A DNA stretch of 64,000 bases from Steroidobacteraceae bacterium (GTDB taxonomy: Bacteria > Pseudomonadota > Gammaproteobacteria > Steroidobacterales > Steroidobacteraceae): positions 24,120-88,119 of the forward strand of contig DASQYM010000003.1 of the NCBI GenBank assembly GCA_035639195.1. Direction: 5' to 3'. Of this stretch, positions 9,045-18,742 are shown in pieces (position 1 is the stretch's first letter; each line of letters starts with the position of its first letter). The position numbers were made by a program, and so were the translations under genes. The notes below the pieces were generated by a model that was not told the origin of the DNA, ran no database searches, and was given only the letters and a program-made list of their open reading frames with translations.

Positions 9045-10465
9045 GCAGGCGCGCCGTGCTGCTGGGGCCGCTGGTGGCGTTGATACTGGCGAGCTGCGTC
9101 GACCGCGGCGGCTGGCAGCCGACCGCGCAGATCGCGCCGCAGAAGCTCGAGCTCGGGCGCACGCTCGGGGATGCGCAGCTCGCACCTTCGGCGTGGCCCG
9201 CGGATGGCTGGTGGCGAAGCTACGGCGATCCGCAGCTCGATGCATTGGTCGTTGAGGCGCTAGAGGGCAGCCCAAGTCTCGCGACCGCGCAGGCGCGATT
9301 GCGCGCTGCCGAAGGGCAAGCGGTCACGGCGCGCGCCGCCCGGCTGCCGACCACCACGGTGAGCGCGGAAGCCGATCGGCAGCGCTATCCCGAGGACTAC
9401 CTGTTCCCGCCGCCCTTCGCTGGCGGGTATGTGAACAACGGCCGCGCAGCGCTCGACTTCAGCTGGGATCTGGACTTCTGGGGACGCAACCGCGCGCTGT
9501 TGGCCGCGGCGCGCTCTGGGGTTGCGGCAGCCGAGGCCGATCGTGCCGCGGCCCGCCTGGCGCTCGCGGTGGCGGTGGTGCAGGCCTATATCCAGCTCGA
9601 TCTGCAGTATGCGCTGCTCGATGTCACGAACGACAACCTCAAGCAGCAGCAGTCCATCCTCGAGCTCACGCGGCAGCGCGTGAGCGCGGGGCTCGAGAAC
9701 AACGCGCGCGTCAAGCAGTCGGAAGGCCAGGTGGCGTTGACGCGCGCCGCAGTTGCATATGTCGAGGCCGGGATCGAGCTGGCGCGCAACCAGCTCGCGG
9801 ACCTGGCCGGGGCGGGCCCCGACCGCGGTGCACGGCTCGGGCGCCCGCAGCTGGCGCCGCCGGCTTCGATTGCGTTGCCGTCGGTACTGCCGGCGGACCT
9901 GCTCGGCAGGCGACCGGACGTGGCGGCAGCGCGCGCGCAGGTCGAGTCGGCGGGCTACGCGGTCAAGGCCGCCGAGGCGGACTTCTACCCGAACGTCAAC
10001 CTCACCGCGTTCGCCGGTTTCCAGAGCATCGATCTCTCGCAGGTCTTCGAGCCGGCCAACCGCATCCTCGGCGCCGGCGCTGCGGTGTCGCTGCCGGTGT
10101 TCAACCGCGGCGCCCTGCGCGGAGCGCTGCTCGCGCGTCAGGCGCAGGTCGATCAGTCGGTGTCGCAGTACAACCAGACGCTGCTCGATGCGGTGCGTCA
10201 GGTGGCGGACGTGGTGACGAACTGGCGCGCGCTCGAGCGCGAGACGCACGAGCAGCAGAGCGCGCTGGAGGATGCGCAGCGCTCCTACGACCTGACCACC
10301 GAGCGCTACCGTGCCGGGCTCGACAATTACCTGAGCGTGCTCTCGAGCCAGAACCAGGTGCTCACCGCGCAAGGCCTGGGAGCGGAGCTGCAGGCGCGGC
10401 GGCTCACCTTCAGCGTCGACCTGGTGCGCGCACTCGGCGGCGGCTACGTACCGCCCGCAGGCTGA
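9041..10465 (+). CDS. efflux outer membrane factor lipoprotein, NodT/OprM family
   Basis: 474 aa with lipobox LILASC and the duplicated OEP pattern (DFWGRNR ... YRAGLDNYLSVL). Confidence 0.9.
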   Translation: MSRRAVLLGPLVALILASCVDRGGWQPTAQIAPQKLELGRTLGDAQLAPSAWPADGWWRSYGDPQLDALVVEALEGSPSLATAQARLRAAEGQAVTARAARLPTTTVSAEADRQRYPEDYLFPPPFAGGYVNNGRAALDFSWDLDFWGRNRALLAAARSGVAAAEADRAAARLALAVAVVQAYIQLDLQYALLDVTNDNLKQQQSILELTRQRVSAGLENNARVKQSEGQVALTRAAVAYVEAGIELARNQLADLAGAGPDRGARLGRPQLAPPASIALPSVLPADLLGRRPDVAAARAQVESAGYAVKAAEADFYPNVNLTAFAGFQSIDLSQVFEPANRILGAGAAVSLPVFNRGALRGALLARQAQVDQSVSQYNQTLLDAVRQVADVVTNWRALERETHEQQSALEDAQRSYDLTTERYRAGLDNYLSVLSSQNQVLTAQGLGAELQARRLTFSVDLVRALGGGYVPPAG

Positions 10466-10468
10466 AGC

Positions 10469-11653
10469 GTGGATGTATCGGTCCACACCGCTCCGGCGCC
10501 GGTCGCGCGGCTGCTGCACGATCGGCGGCGCCGTTGGCTGCTCGCGCTCGGCGGTGCCGTCGCAATCATCGCGCTCCTGTGGCTCGCCTGGTGGCTGCTC
10601 TACGCCAGGTTCCACGAGAGCACCGACGACGCCTACGTGGCGGGCGACATGGTGAACGTCATGTCACAGGTGAGCGGGACGGTAGTGTCGATCGGCGCGG
10701 ACGAGACCGACCTCGTCGAGGCAGGTCAGGAGTTGGTGCGGCTCGATGCCACGGACGCGCGCATCGCACTGCAGGACGCCGAGCAGCAGCTTGCGCGCAC
10801 CGTGCGCCAGACCCGCACCGTGTTCGCGACGCGCGATCAGCTGCGCGCCGTGGTCGATCAGCGCCGCGCTGACCTTGCCCGCGCACAGTCCGATTTCGAT
10901 CGCCGCCGCAACCTCGCCGCCAGTGGTGCGGTCTCCGGCGAGGAGCTGGGCCACGCGCAGGACGCCTTGAAGGCCGCGCGCGACGCACTGGTGGCCGCAC
11001 AGAAGAATCTCGCTGCGAGCAGCGCACTCGTCGGTTCCACCGGAGTTGCGGACAACCCCGACGTGCGTGCCGCGGCCACGCAGGTGGAGCGCGCCTGGCT
11101 CGCCCTGGTACGCACCAGCGTGCGGGCGCCGGTAACCGGTTATGTGGCGCGGCGAACCGTGCAGCTCGGTGAGCGTATCGCGCCCGGTGCCCCGCTCATG
11201 GCCCTCGTGCCGCTCGGACGGCTCTGGCTGGAGGCCAATTTCCGCGAGGTGCAGCTGCGGCGCATGCGCATCGGCCAGCCCGCGACCGTGATCGCGGATC
11301 TCTATGGAGGCCAAGTCGCCTATCACGGCCGCGTGGCGGGGCTAGGCATGGGCACGGGCTCAGCGTTCGCGCTGCTGCCGGCGCAGAATGCCACCGGCAA
11401 CTGGATCAAGGTGGTGCAGCGGGTGCCGGTGCGCATCGCACTCGATGCCGGCGAGCTTGCCGCGCACCCGCTGCGCATCGGCCTCTCGACCGTCGTCACG
11501 GTCGACATGCGCGACACCTCCGGCCCGCAGCTCGCGCCGACAGCGCGCGAGCAGCCGGTGCTTTCGACCCGTGCATTCGACATCGATCGCAGCGAGATCC
11601 GCGGCCGCATCCAACAGATCATCGCCGAGAATGCGGAAGGGGCCGCGCCGTGA
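10469..11653 (+). CDS. HlyD-family membrane fusion protein, EmrA-like
   Basis: A single N-terminal TM is followed by FHESTDDAYVAGDMVNVMSQVSGTVV, nearly the EmrA signature. It also has a long coiled-coil and the C-terminal NATGNWIKVVQRVPVRI motif. Confidence 0.9.
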   Translation: MDVSVHTAPAPVARLLHDRRRRWLLALGGAVAIIALLWLAWWLLYARFHESTDDAYVAGDMVNVMSQVSGTVVSIGADETDLVEAGQELVRLDATDARIALQDAEQQLARTVRQTRTVFATRDQLRAVVDQRRADLARAQSDFDRRRNLAASGAVSGEELGHAQDALKAARDALVAAQKNLAASSALVGSTGVADNPDVRAAATQVERAWLALVRTSVRAPVTGYVARRTVQLGERIAPGAPLMALVPLGRLWLEANFREVQLRRMRIGQPATVIADLYGGQVAYHGRVAGLGMGTGSAFALLPAQNATGNWIKVVQRVPVRIALDAGELAAHPLRIGLSTVVTVDMRDTSGPQLAPTAREQPVLSTRAFDIDRSEIRGRIQQIIAENAEGAAP

Positions 11654-11715
11654 TTGCGGCGTATAGACCAGATATCGGACGCGATGGATTGCGGGCGCGC
11701 GGTGTGGCCGGAGGC

Positions 11716-12183
11716 TCAATCGGGCTTCAGGTAGCACAGCGGCAACGCGGTCGTGTATTTGAGCGTTTCCAGAGCGAAGCTCGCGCTCACATCCTGAAAA
11801 TCCACCGCCGAGATCAGCCGTTTGTACACCACATCGTAAGCGTCGATGTCCGGCACGACGATACGGATGAGATAGTCGACATCGCCGCTCATGCGGTGAA
11901 TCTCGGTCACCTCCGGGATGTCACGCACCGCGCGCACGAACTTCTCGAACCATGCCTGGCTGTGATTGCCAGTCTTAAGTGTCACGAACACCGTGGTGCC
12001 TACATTGAGTGCGCGCGCATCGAGCAGGCTCACCGTCTGCCGGATGACTCCCGCCTCGCGCAGTTTCTGGATACGCCGCCAGCAGGGCGCCTTGGAGAGC
12101 CCGATTCGGTCGGCAATCTCCGCCGCGGTGAGCTCACCGTTATTCTGGACCAGGTCCAGGATTTTCGCGTCCAGCCTGTCCAT
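11716..12183 (-). CDS. Lrp/AsnC family transcriptional regulator
   Basis: ATG 12183 gives MDRLDAKILDLVQNNGELTAAEIADRIGLSKAPCWRRIQKLREAGVI (AsnC HTH) plus a C-terminal RAM-type domain. The ORF-track start 12324 is an extension. Confidence 0.9.
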   Translation of the reverse strand: MDRLDAKILDLVQNNGELTAAEIADRIGLSKAPCWRRIQKLREAGVIRQTVSLLDARALNVGTTVFVTLKTGNHSQAWFEKFVRAVRDIPEVTEIHRMSGDVDYLIRIVVPDIDAYDVVYKRLISAVDFQDVSASFALETLKYTTALPLCYLKPD

Positions 12184-12210
12184 TGAAACAAAGACCCACG
12201 GAAGTTGATC

Positions 12211-12233
12211 AGTGCGCAACATTGTTGCGCACT
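12211..12233. promoter_or_regulatory. perfect 23-bp palindrome (11+1+11) AGTGCGCAACA-T-TGTTGCGCACT in the lrp-like divergent promoter
   Basis: Read directly from the sequence. It lies 28 nt upstream of the Lrp/AsnC ATG (12183) and 62 nt upstream of the divergent small gene (12295). Confidence 0.5.
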
Positions 12234-12294
12234 TCGTTCCTCTTTGCCAAGCCTTTGCAACCGTGTAGCGCCGCGTGAGGACTAGATTTGATGC

Positions 12295-12546
12295 ATGAGT
12301 TTGATCCGGGCCTTTACCGAGCACCCCGCCTCAGTCGGGGAGAGCTACGGCGAGCACCTGTTCAGGGCCATGTATTTCGGCACACGCATGGTGTTTGCCG
12401 GTCTGGCGTGCCTGCTGCACGGGGTACTGCCCTTTTTGTTCGTGCGCACCGGTAGCCGTGCGATCGCCGAGCTCAACGATCGCATGGTCGTCAACCGGCG
12501 CTTGAGACTGCACGAAATCTCTGGCGAGAAGCGGCTGCCGCTGTAG
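12295..12546 (+). CDS. small membrane protein, DUF6356-like
   Basis: 83 aa. FTEHPASVGESYGEHL ... LHGVLPFLFVRTGSRAIAELNDRMVVNRR matches my recollection of the DUF6356 family. The next gene starts 3 nt after its stop. Confidence 0.6.
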   Translation: MSLIRAFTEHPASVGESYGEHLFRAMYFGTRMVFAGLACLLHGVLPFLFVRTGSRAIAELNDRMVVNRRLRLHEISGEKRLPL

Positions 12547-12548
12547 CC

Positions 12549-13688
12549 GTGAGGCTGCGGCGGGCGTTAGCTCCGAGCTGGATCGCGCTGCGCCAGGCGG
12601 CGCCGGGTTTCGCGCTCGCGGTAGCACTCGCCACGCTGGCCCGCCTGCTCGCGCAGGCGCTCGCAGCCGGGCTCGGCGGGCTGCCGAAATTTCCTCTGAG
12701 CCCGGTGATGTGCGCGGTGTTGCTCGGGATGCTGTGGCGGAACAGCATCGGCGTGCCCGGCTGGGCGATGCGCGGGCTCGCGTGGACGATGCACCGACTG
12801 CTGCGCGTAGGCATCGCGCTGGTGGGGCTGCGGCTCACGCTGGCCGGCGCGACCGCCATCGCCCTCACGGCACTGCCGGTTGCCCTGTCTTGCCTTGCGG
12901 TCGCGCTGCTCGCAGGCGCAGGGATTGCACGTGCGCTGGCGGTGCCGCGGCGGCTGGGGCTGCTGCTCGCGATCGGTACCGCCGTATGTGGATGCACTGC
13001 GGTGGTTGCCGTGTCGCCGGTCATCGGTGCGCGCCACGCCGAGACGGCCTTCGCCGTGACCTGCGTCGTACTCTTCGGCTGCATCGCCATGCTCGGCTAT
13101 CCCTGGGTGGCCGGGCACTTCCTCGGCGCCTCGCCGACACACGCCGGGATCTTTCTCGGCACTGCCATTCACGATACCTCACAGGTTATCGGTGCGGCGC
13201 TCATCTACTCGCAACAGGCTTCCGCCCCCGCTGCACTCGCCGCTGCAAGCGTCGCGAAGCTTCTGCGCAACCTGTCGATCGCCGTGCTCGTTCCCGCCGC
13301 CGCCTGGTGGGCTCAGCGTCATGAGGATCCCGCCAGCGAGATCGAGGCGGCACACGGTCCTGCCGCCAACCATGGGACCGCAAAGCCCGCGCACATCCCG
13401 CTCGTGCCATTCTTCGTGCTCGCCTTCATGGGGTTCATCCTGGTGCGCACGGTCGGCGATGCCTTCACCGGCAGCGCACCGTCGGTTTGGCGCGCGCTCA
13501 TCGAGACCGGCTACACAGCCTCCGACCTGTTCCTCACTTGCGGCATGACGGCAGTGGGCCTGTCGGTATCCTTCAGTGATATGTGGCGCATCGGTTGGCG
13601 TCCGCTCGCCTGCGGCTTCGCGGTGGCGACGCTGGTGGGTTCCTGCAGCCTGCTGCTCACCTGCGGCATGGTGCACTTCCTGACCTGA
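12549..13688 (+). CDS. YeiH/UPF0324 family putative sulfate exporter-type membrane protein
   Basis: 379 aa with about 10 TM helices. The conserved central segment is [18 protein letters not shown]. The family call is from memory. Confidence 0.75.
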   Translation: MRLRRALAPSWIALRQAAPGFALAVALATLARLLAQALAAGLGGLPKFPLSPVMCAVLLGMLWRNSIGVPGWAMRGLAWTMHRLLRVGIALVGLRLTLAGATAIALTALPVALSCLAVALLAGAGIARALAVPRRLGLLLAIGTAVCGCTAVVAVSPVIGARHAETAFAVTCVVLFGCIAMLGYPWVAGHFLGASPTHAGIFLGTAIHDTSQVIGAALIYSQQASAPAALAAASVAKLLRNLSIAVLVPAAAWWAQRHEDPASEIEAAHGPAANHGTAKPAHIPLVPFFVLAFMGFILVRTVGDAFTGSAPSVWRALIETGYTASDLFLTCGMTAVGLSVSFSDMWRIGWRPLACGFAVATLVGSCSLLLTCGMVHFLT

Positions 13689-13779
13689 GCGGCAGTGCAC
13701 GCTACACTCGCCCTGCGCGCCGGTGCGCGCCGGCTTGATGCAGCGCAGGCTGCGGGCGCAGCGGAGGGAGAGCAGGGCG

Positions 13780-14379
13780 ATGGCGAGATCCAAGGGCAAA
13801 ACATCACGACGCGCCGCCGAGCAGGCGGTGCGCACGCTGCTGAGTTGGGCGGGGGAGGATCCGGACCGAGAGGGGCTGCGCGATACGCCGCAACGGGTCG
13901 TCGATGCCTATCGCGACTGGTTCTCCGGTTACCAGATCGATCCCGCCGCCTATCTGCGGCGCACCTTCGAGGAGGTCGGCGGTTACGATGAGGTGATCGT
14001 GTTACGCGACATCTCCTTCGAGTCCCACTGCGAGCATCACATGGCACCTATCATCGGCCGCGTGCATATCGGTTACCTGCCGGCCGAGAAGGTCGTGGGC
14101 ATCAGCAAGCTGGTGCGCGTGGTGGAAGGTTATGCCAGGCGCTTTCAGGTGCAGGAGAATCTCACCGCGCAGATCGCCGACTGCATCACTCAGGTACTGC
14201 GCCCGCGCGGTGTCGGGGTGGTAGTCGATGCCGTGCACGAGTGCATGACGACCCGCGGTGTACACAAGCGCGGGGTGTCCATGGTCACCAGTCGCATGAC
14301 CGGCACCTTCCGCAGCGATGCGCGCACCCGCACGGAGTTTCTGAGCTTCATCGGCATCTCGCGCCCACACGAGGTGTAG
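13780..14379 (+). CDS. folE: GTP cyclohydrolase I
   Basis: ATG 13780 follows [19 protein letters not shown] and [20 protein letters not shown] are FolE active-site motifs. Confidence 0.92.
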   Translation: MARSKGKTSRRAAEQAVRTLLSWAGEDPDREGLRDTPQRVVDAYRDWFSGYQIDPAAYLRRTFEEVGGYDEVIVLRDISFESHCEHHMAPIIGRVHIGYLPAEKVVGISKLVRVVEGYARRFQVQENLTAQIADCITQVLRPRGVGVVVDAVHECMTTRGVHKRGVSMVTSRMTGTFRSDARTRTEFLSFIGISRPHEV

Positions 14380-14386
14380 CGGCCCA

Positions 14387-14767
14387 TCAATACCAGCTGT
14401 TGGCGTTCTTCGGAAATCCGGGACGCTGCACGCGCACGACGCAGAAGCGCTGGCCGGTAGGGGCCTGCATGACCACCCAACGCGGCAGGCGCTCGGCCAC
14501 TCTGGCGCCGAGCTTCTCCAGCCGCATCACCTCTGCCGGGATGTCGTCGGTCTCGATGTCCAAATGCGCGCGACTCTCGTGGTCCACCCGCTGAATCTGC
14601 ACGATAGGCTCATCGGGTGGAGTCTCGAGCATGCGGTAATTGCCGCGCGTGCCGGGGTGCTCCGGGTCGAGGGGTCGACCCAACGCGGCTGCCCAGAAGC
14701 GCGCCGCCTCATCGATGTCGGCGGTCCTGCAGTCGATCAACAGAGCGCACAGGCGCGAACGGTGCAT
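14387..14767 (-). CDS. VOC / glyoxalase-like domain protein
   Basis: 126 aa. LIDCRTADIDEAARFWAAALG ... AHLDIETDDI ... VMQAPTGQRFCVV fits the glyoxalase-like (VOC) fold pattern. Confidence 0.6.
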   Translation of the reverse strand: MHRSRLCALLIDCRTADIDEAARFWAAALGRPLDPEHPGTRGNYRMLETPPDEPIVQIQRVDHESRAHLDIETDDIPAEVMRLEKLGARVAERLPRWVVMQAPTGQRFCVVRVQRPGFPKNANSWY

Positions 14768-14976
14768 GGCGAGCCTCCGGTGTCAGACAACCTTCTCGAG
14801 CGGCGTCCACCGCGTCGCGCGCCGTGCGATGCGCTCAGGCACGCTCTCTGCGCCGTAGTCCGCGCGCGCTGCCGGCGGCAGCGCCGCGGGCAGCGGCGTC
14901 AGTGCCAGCGGCCCTCGAAGGTGCGCAGCGGGGAGGACATGGCGCTTTTACCCGGGCACCGCGAGCGCGTTGGAAC

Positions 14977-16809
14977 CTACGCACTCGAAGTCGCGGCGGC
15001 TTCGCTGCGCGCCGCACGCTTGCGCGCCTGCTCGGTGAGGAAGCGCTTGCGGATGCGGATAGAGGCGGGCGTCACCTCGACCAGCTCATCATCGGCGATG
15101 AACTCGACTGCGTACTCGAGCGTCAGCGGGATCGGCGGCGTCAGGAGAATCGCATCGTCCTTGCCGGCGGCGCGGATGTTAGTCAGCTTCTTGGTCTTGA
15201 TCGGGTTCACCACCAGGTCGTTGTCGCGGCTGTGAATGCCGATGATCATGCCCTCGTAGAGCCTCTCACCCGGACCGACGAACAGCCGGCCGCGCTCCTG
15301 CAGGTTGAACAGCGCATAGGCGACCGCCTCGCCGTGCTCGTTGCTCACCAGCACGCCGTTGTGCCGCTCGGGGATCGTGCCGGTCACTTTGGCGAAGCCA
15401 TCGAAGACATGGCTCATGAGTCCGGTGCCGCGGGTGAGGGTGAGAAATTCCCCCTGAAAGCCGATCAGGCCGCGTGCCGGAACCCGATACTCGAGGCGCA
15501 CGCGCTGCTGGGGGTCATGGCTCATGCCGATGAGCTCGGCGCGCCGCTCGCCGAGGGCAGCCATGACCGCACCCTGGTGAGTGTCCTCGACATCCACCGT
15601 CAGTGCCTCCCAGGGCTCATGCACCTCGCCATCCACCATGTGGGTGAGCACCTGGGGGCGCGAAACGGCGAGCTCGTAACCCTCGCGGCGCATGTTCTCG
15701 ATCAAGATGGTGAGGTGCAGCTCGCCGCGGCCGGAAACGCGCAGTACATCGGTCTCCTCGGTATCCTCGACCCGCAGCGCCACGTTGCTCTGCAGCTCCC
15801 GGTAGAGCCGCTCGCGCAGCTGCCGGCTGGTGACGAACTTGCCTTCGCGACCGGCGAACGGCGAAGTATTCACCTGGAAGTTCATGGCGAGCGTCGGCTC
15901 ATCGACACTGATGGGAGGCAGGCCCTCGGGATGCTCGGCATCGCAAAGCGTCAGCCCGATGTTCACCTCATCGATGCCGGTGACGGCGACGATGTCGCCC
16001 GCGGAGGCCTCGGCCACCGGCTGACGCTCGAGTCCGTGGAAGGTGAGCACCTGCCCGATGCGGGCCACGCCGCGTGCTTCATTGCCAAAGCGCAGCGCCA
16101 CGTTCTCACCGGGCCGCAGGCTCCCGCAGCGGATGCGGCCGATGCCGATGCGGCCGACATAGGAGTTGTAATCGAGTGTCGAGATCTGCAGCTGCAGCGG
16201 CCGGTCCGCATGCGCCGCTGGCGGCGGCACGTGGGTGAGGATCGCCTCGAACAGCGCCGACATGTCCGGGCGGCGCTCGGTGTAGTCCGTGCTCGCCCAG
16301 CCCTGCAGCGCGGAGGCGTAGATGACCGGAAAATCCAGCTGCGCGTCACTCGCGCCGAGCTTGTCGAACAGGTCGAAGGTCCGATCGATCACCCAGCCGG
16401 GGCGGCTGCCGGGCCGGTCGATCTTGTTGACCACGACGATCGCCTTGAGCCCCTGTGCCAGAGCCTTGCGGGTGACGAAACGCGTCTGCGGCATGGGTCC
16501 CTCGACCGCATCCACCAGCAGCAGCACGGCATCGACCATCGACAGGACGCGCTCGACCTCGCCGCCGAAATCGGCGTGACCCGGTGTGTCAACGATGTTG
16601 ATGCGCGTGCCGCCATATTCGATGGCGCAGTTCTTCGCGAGGATGGTGATGCCGCGCTCACGCTCGATATCGTTGGAATCCATGATGCGCTCGCCCAGGC
16701 GCTCGTGCGCGGCGAACGTGCCCGACTGCTTGAGCAGGCAGTCGACCAGTGTCGTTTTACCGTGGTCGACGTGCGCGATGATGGCGATGTTACGGATCGG
16801 TGGATTCAT
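14977..16809 (-). CDS. typA: translational GTPase TypA/BipA
   Basis: 610 aa with [19 protein letters not shown] (G1), [12 protein letters not shown] (G3) and NKID (G4). Full-length BipA architecture. Confidence 0.97.
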   Translation of the reverse strand: MNPPIRNIAIIAHVDHGKTTLVDCLLKQSGTFAAHERLGERIMDSNDIERERGITILAKNCAIEYGGTRINIVDTPGHADFGGEVERVLSMVDAVLLLVDAVEGPMPQTRFVTRKALAQGLKAIVVVNKIDRPGSRPGWVIDRTFDLFDKLGASDAQLDFPVIYASALQGWASTDYTERRPDMSALFEAILTHVPPPAAHADRPLQLQISTLDYNSYVGRIGIGRIRCGSLRPGENVALRFGNEARGVARIGQVLTFHGLERQPVAEASAGDIVAVTGIDEVNIGLTLCDAEHPEGLPPISVDEPTLAMNFQVNTSPFAGREGKFVTSRQLRERLYRELQSNVALRVEDTEETDVLRVSGRGELHLTILIENMRREGYELAVSRPQVLTHMVDGEVHEPWEALTVDVEDTHQGAVMAALGERRAELIGMSHDPQQRVRLEYRVPARGLIGFQGEFLTLTRGTGLMSHVFDGFAKVTGTIPERHNGVLVSNEHGEAVAYALFNLQERGRLFVGPGERLYEGMIIGIHSRDNDLVVNPIKTKKLTNIRAAGKDDAILLTPPIPLTLEYAVEFIADDELVEVTPASIRIRKRFLTEQARKRAARSEAAATSSA

Positions 16810-16957
16810 GAGTACGGTGACGACCCACGGCGCGGCTCACAGGCGCAGGCGCGGATACAGGGCACGTGGGGCCGCAAAAGGGTGCGCAGGGTAGCAGATT
16901 TCGGCCGCGACTGCCTGCTGGCGCCGCCCGCCGGTCCGGAGCGGCGCGCAGCAGTGC

Positions 16958-17383
16958 TCAGCTGCGGGCTATGCCGATGCGCAGCGCGGCTACCGCTATG
17001 CGTATCTCGATGAAGAAGGCGATATAGGCGGCACTCAGGCACACCATTGCGCCGGCGAACAGCAAGGCAATAAGCACAGCGAGCTCGGAGGCAAGGAATG
17101 CGTTGGCGAACAGCGCTACCACTACCAACGCCACCAGCAGCGCCGCGATCGTAGAGAGCGAGATGGCGATGTTGATGTAGTTCGCGCGCCGCGCGAGCAC
17201 CGCGAGATCGCCGTGCAGCTGCGGCGCCCCGGCGGGATGGCGCGCGAGCTGCTCCTCGAGCACGCGCGCCCGATCGACGATGCGCGAGAGACGATTGGTC
17301 AGTACGCCGAGCGTTGCCGCCACTCCGCTCAACAGAAATACCGGCGCAACCGAGGACTGGATCAGATGGGCGATGTCTATCAC
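16958..17383 (-). CDS. DUF2721 domain membrane protein
   Basis: APVFLLSGVAATLGVLTNRLSRIVDRAR plus three TM helices. GTG 17383 gives a typical length of about 142 aa. The track start 17452 (also GTG) is an alternative. Confidence 0.6.
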   Translation of the reverse strand: MIDIAHLIQSSVAPVFLLSGVAATLGVLTNRLSRIVDRARVLEEQLARHPAGAPQLHGDLAVLARRANYINIAISLSTIAALLVALVVVALFANAFLASELAVLIALLFAGAMVCLSAAYIAFFIEIRIAVAALRIGIARS

Positions 17384-17416
17384 GTGGCACCGTTGCTGTT
17401 TTAGACCGGCGCGGCT

Positions 17417-17447
17417 GCGCGCGCGCCCGTGGCGCGGCGCATTTTTT
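17417..17447 (+). terminator. intrinsic-terminator-like GC hairpin followed by A-TTTTTT on the plus strand
   Basis: A 10-bp all-GC stem with one bulge (17417-17427 pairs with 17431-17440) is followed by T6 at 17442-17447. No plus-strand gene lies upstream. It sits 120 nt before the Rieske gene start. Confidence 0.4.
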
Positions 17448-17569
17448 ACCACAATTACGCGTCGCCCGGCGCCGCGCGCGCGTCACGGGCGCCGGCGACG
17501 CTATTGCGGCTGGCGCTCGTCTTGCTGTACGATCGTTCAACAAGGTCCACTCTGCCTGGATGCTCCCCG

Positions 17570-18742
17570 ATGAACCCCGCCGCATTGCGCCGCATCGCAC
17601 CTTCCGCGCCCGCCGAAGCGGACTCGCACAGCCTGCCCGCATGGATTTATCGTGATCCGGAATTCTTCGAGCGCGAGCGCCAGGCGATCTTCCGGCAGAG
17701 CTGGCAACTGGTTTGTCATGTGAGCGATGTGCCACGGCCCGGTGACTTCCATACCTTCGATTTTCTCGGCGAGTCGGTGGTGGTGGTACGCTCCGAAGCG
17801 GGCGTGCGCGCCTTCCACAATGTCTGCCGCCACCGCGCTGCACGGCTGCTCGATGGGCCGCGCGGGTCCTGCGGCCGGCGCATCACCTGTCCGTACCACG
17901 CGTGGACCTATGCGCTCGATGGGCGCCTGGTCGGTGTGCCGCAGCGTGAGGCATTCGCTGGCATCGACGCCTCACGGCACGGGCTCGCCACGCTCGAGCA
18001 CGAAGTGTTCATGGGCTTCATTTTCGTGCGCTTCGCGCCGGGACTGCCGAGCGTACGCGAGATGGCGGCGCCGTACGCCTGCGAGATGGCCGCCTACCGC
18101 CTGGAGGAGCTGGTACCCTTCGGTCGCACCAGCCTGCGGCCGCGGGCGGTGAACTGGAAGAATGTCGCCGACAATTTCTCCGACGGGTTGCACATCAACG
18201 TGGCGCACCCGGGGCTCACGCGCCTCTTCGGCCGCGGTTACGGGATCGAGGCGCGGCCGTGGATCGACAAGATGTGGGGCATGATGCGCGAGGTCCCCTC
18301 GAGCAACTGGTCCGAGCGCGCGTATCAGCAGCTGCTTCCGTCCGTGCCACACCTGCCGCCCGAGCGGCAGCGGCTCTGGACCTATTTCAAGCTCTGGCCG
18401 AACATCGCGTTCGACATCTATCCTGATCAGGTCGACTTTATGCAGTTCCTGCCGGTCTCGCCGACCGAGACGGTCATCCGCGAGGTGGTGTACGTGCACC
18501 CCGATACGCGCCGCGAGATGCGCACCGCACGCTACCTCAATTGGCGCATCAATCGCCGCGTGAGCCTCGAGGACAAGAGGTTGATCGAGCGCGTGCAGGC
18601 GGGGATGGCCTCGAGCAGCTACGTCTCGGGTCCCTTGAGTGAGGGCGAGGTGTGTTTGCGCAGCTTCGCGCGGCGCATGCGTGCGCTCATTCCCGAGAGC
18701 GCCCTACCGCAGCCTCCGGCCTGGGGCTGGAGTCGTGGCTGA
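17570..18742 (+). CDS. Rieske [2Fe-2S] non-haem iron oxygenase, alpha-subunit type (choline monooxygenase/GbcA-like clade suspected)
   Basis: ATG 17570. Rieske motif CRHRAARL...(17 aa)...CPYHAWTY, mononuclear iron motif DGLHINVAH, and N-terminus LPAWIYRDPEFFERERQAIF. Confidence 0.85.
   Translation: MNPAALRRIAPSAPAEADSHSLPAWIYRDPEFFERERQAIFRQSWQLVCHVSDVPRPGDFHTFDFLGESVVVVRSEAGVRAFHNVCRHRAARLLDGPRGSCGRRITCPYHAWTYALDGRLVGVPQREAFAGIDASRHGLATLEHEVFMGFIFVRFAPGLPSVREMAAPYACEMAAYRLEELVPFGRTSLRPRAVNWKNVADNFSDGLHINVAHPGLTRLFGRGYGIEARPWIDKMWGMMREVPSSNWSERAYQQLLPSVPHLPPERQRLWTYFKLWPNIAFDIYPDQVDFMQFLPVSPTETVIREVVYVHPDTRREMRTARYLNWRINRRVSLEDKRLIERVQAGMASSSYVSGPLSEGEVCLRSFARRMRALIPESALPQPPAWGWSRG

Noticed and set aside
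11650-12186. 178-aa plus-strand ORF starting with GTG overlapping the emrA-like stop (GTGA), at the position where emrB would be expected.
   Set aside because: The translation has no TM segments and no similarity to EmrB N-termini. The ORF is simply the antisense of the lrp-like gene. It is not an emrB remnant.
14617-17013. 798-aa ORF on the plus strand spanning the typA region.
   Set aside because: It is exactly antisense to the unmistakable typA/BipA gene. The translation is Arg/Ala/Gly/Asp-rich with no recognisable motif. This is the classic shadow ORF of high-GC DNA.
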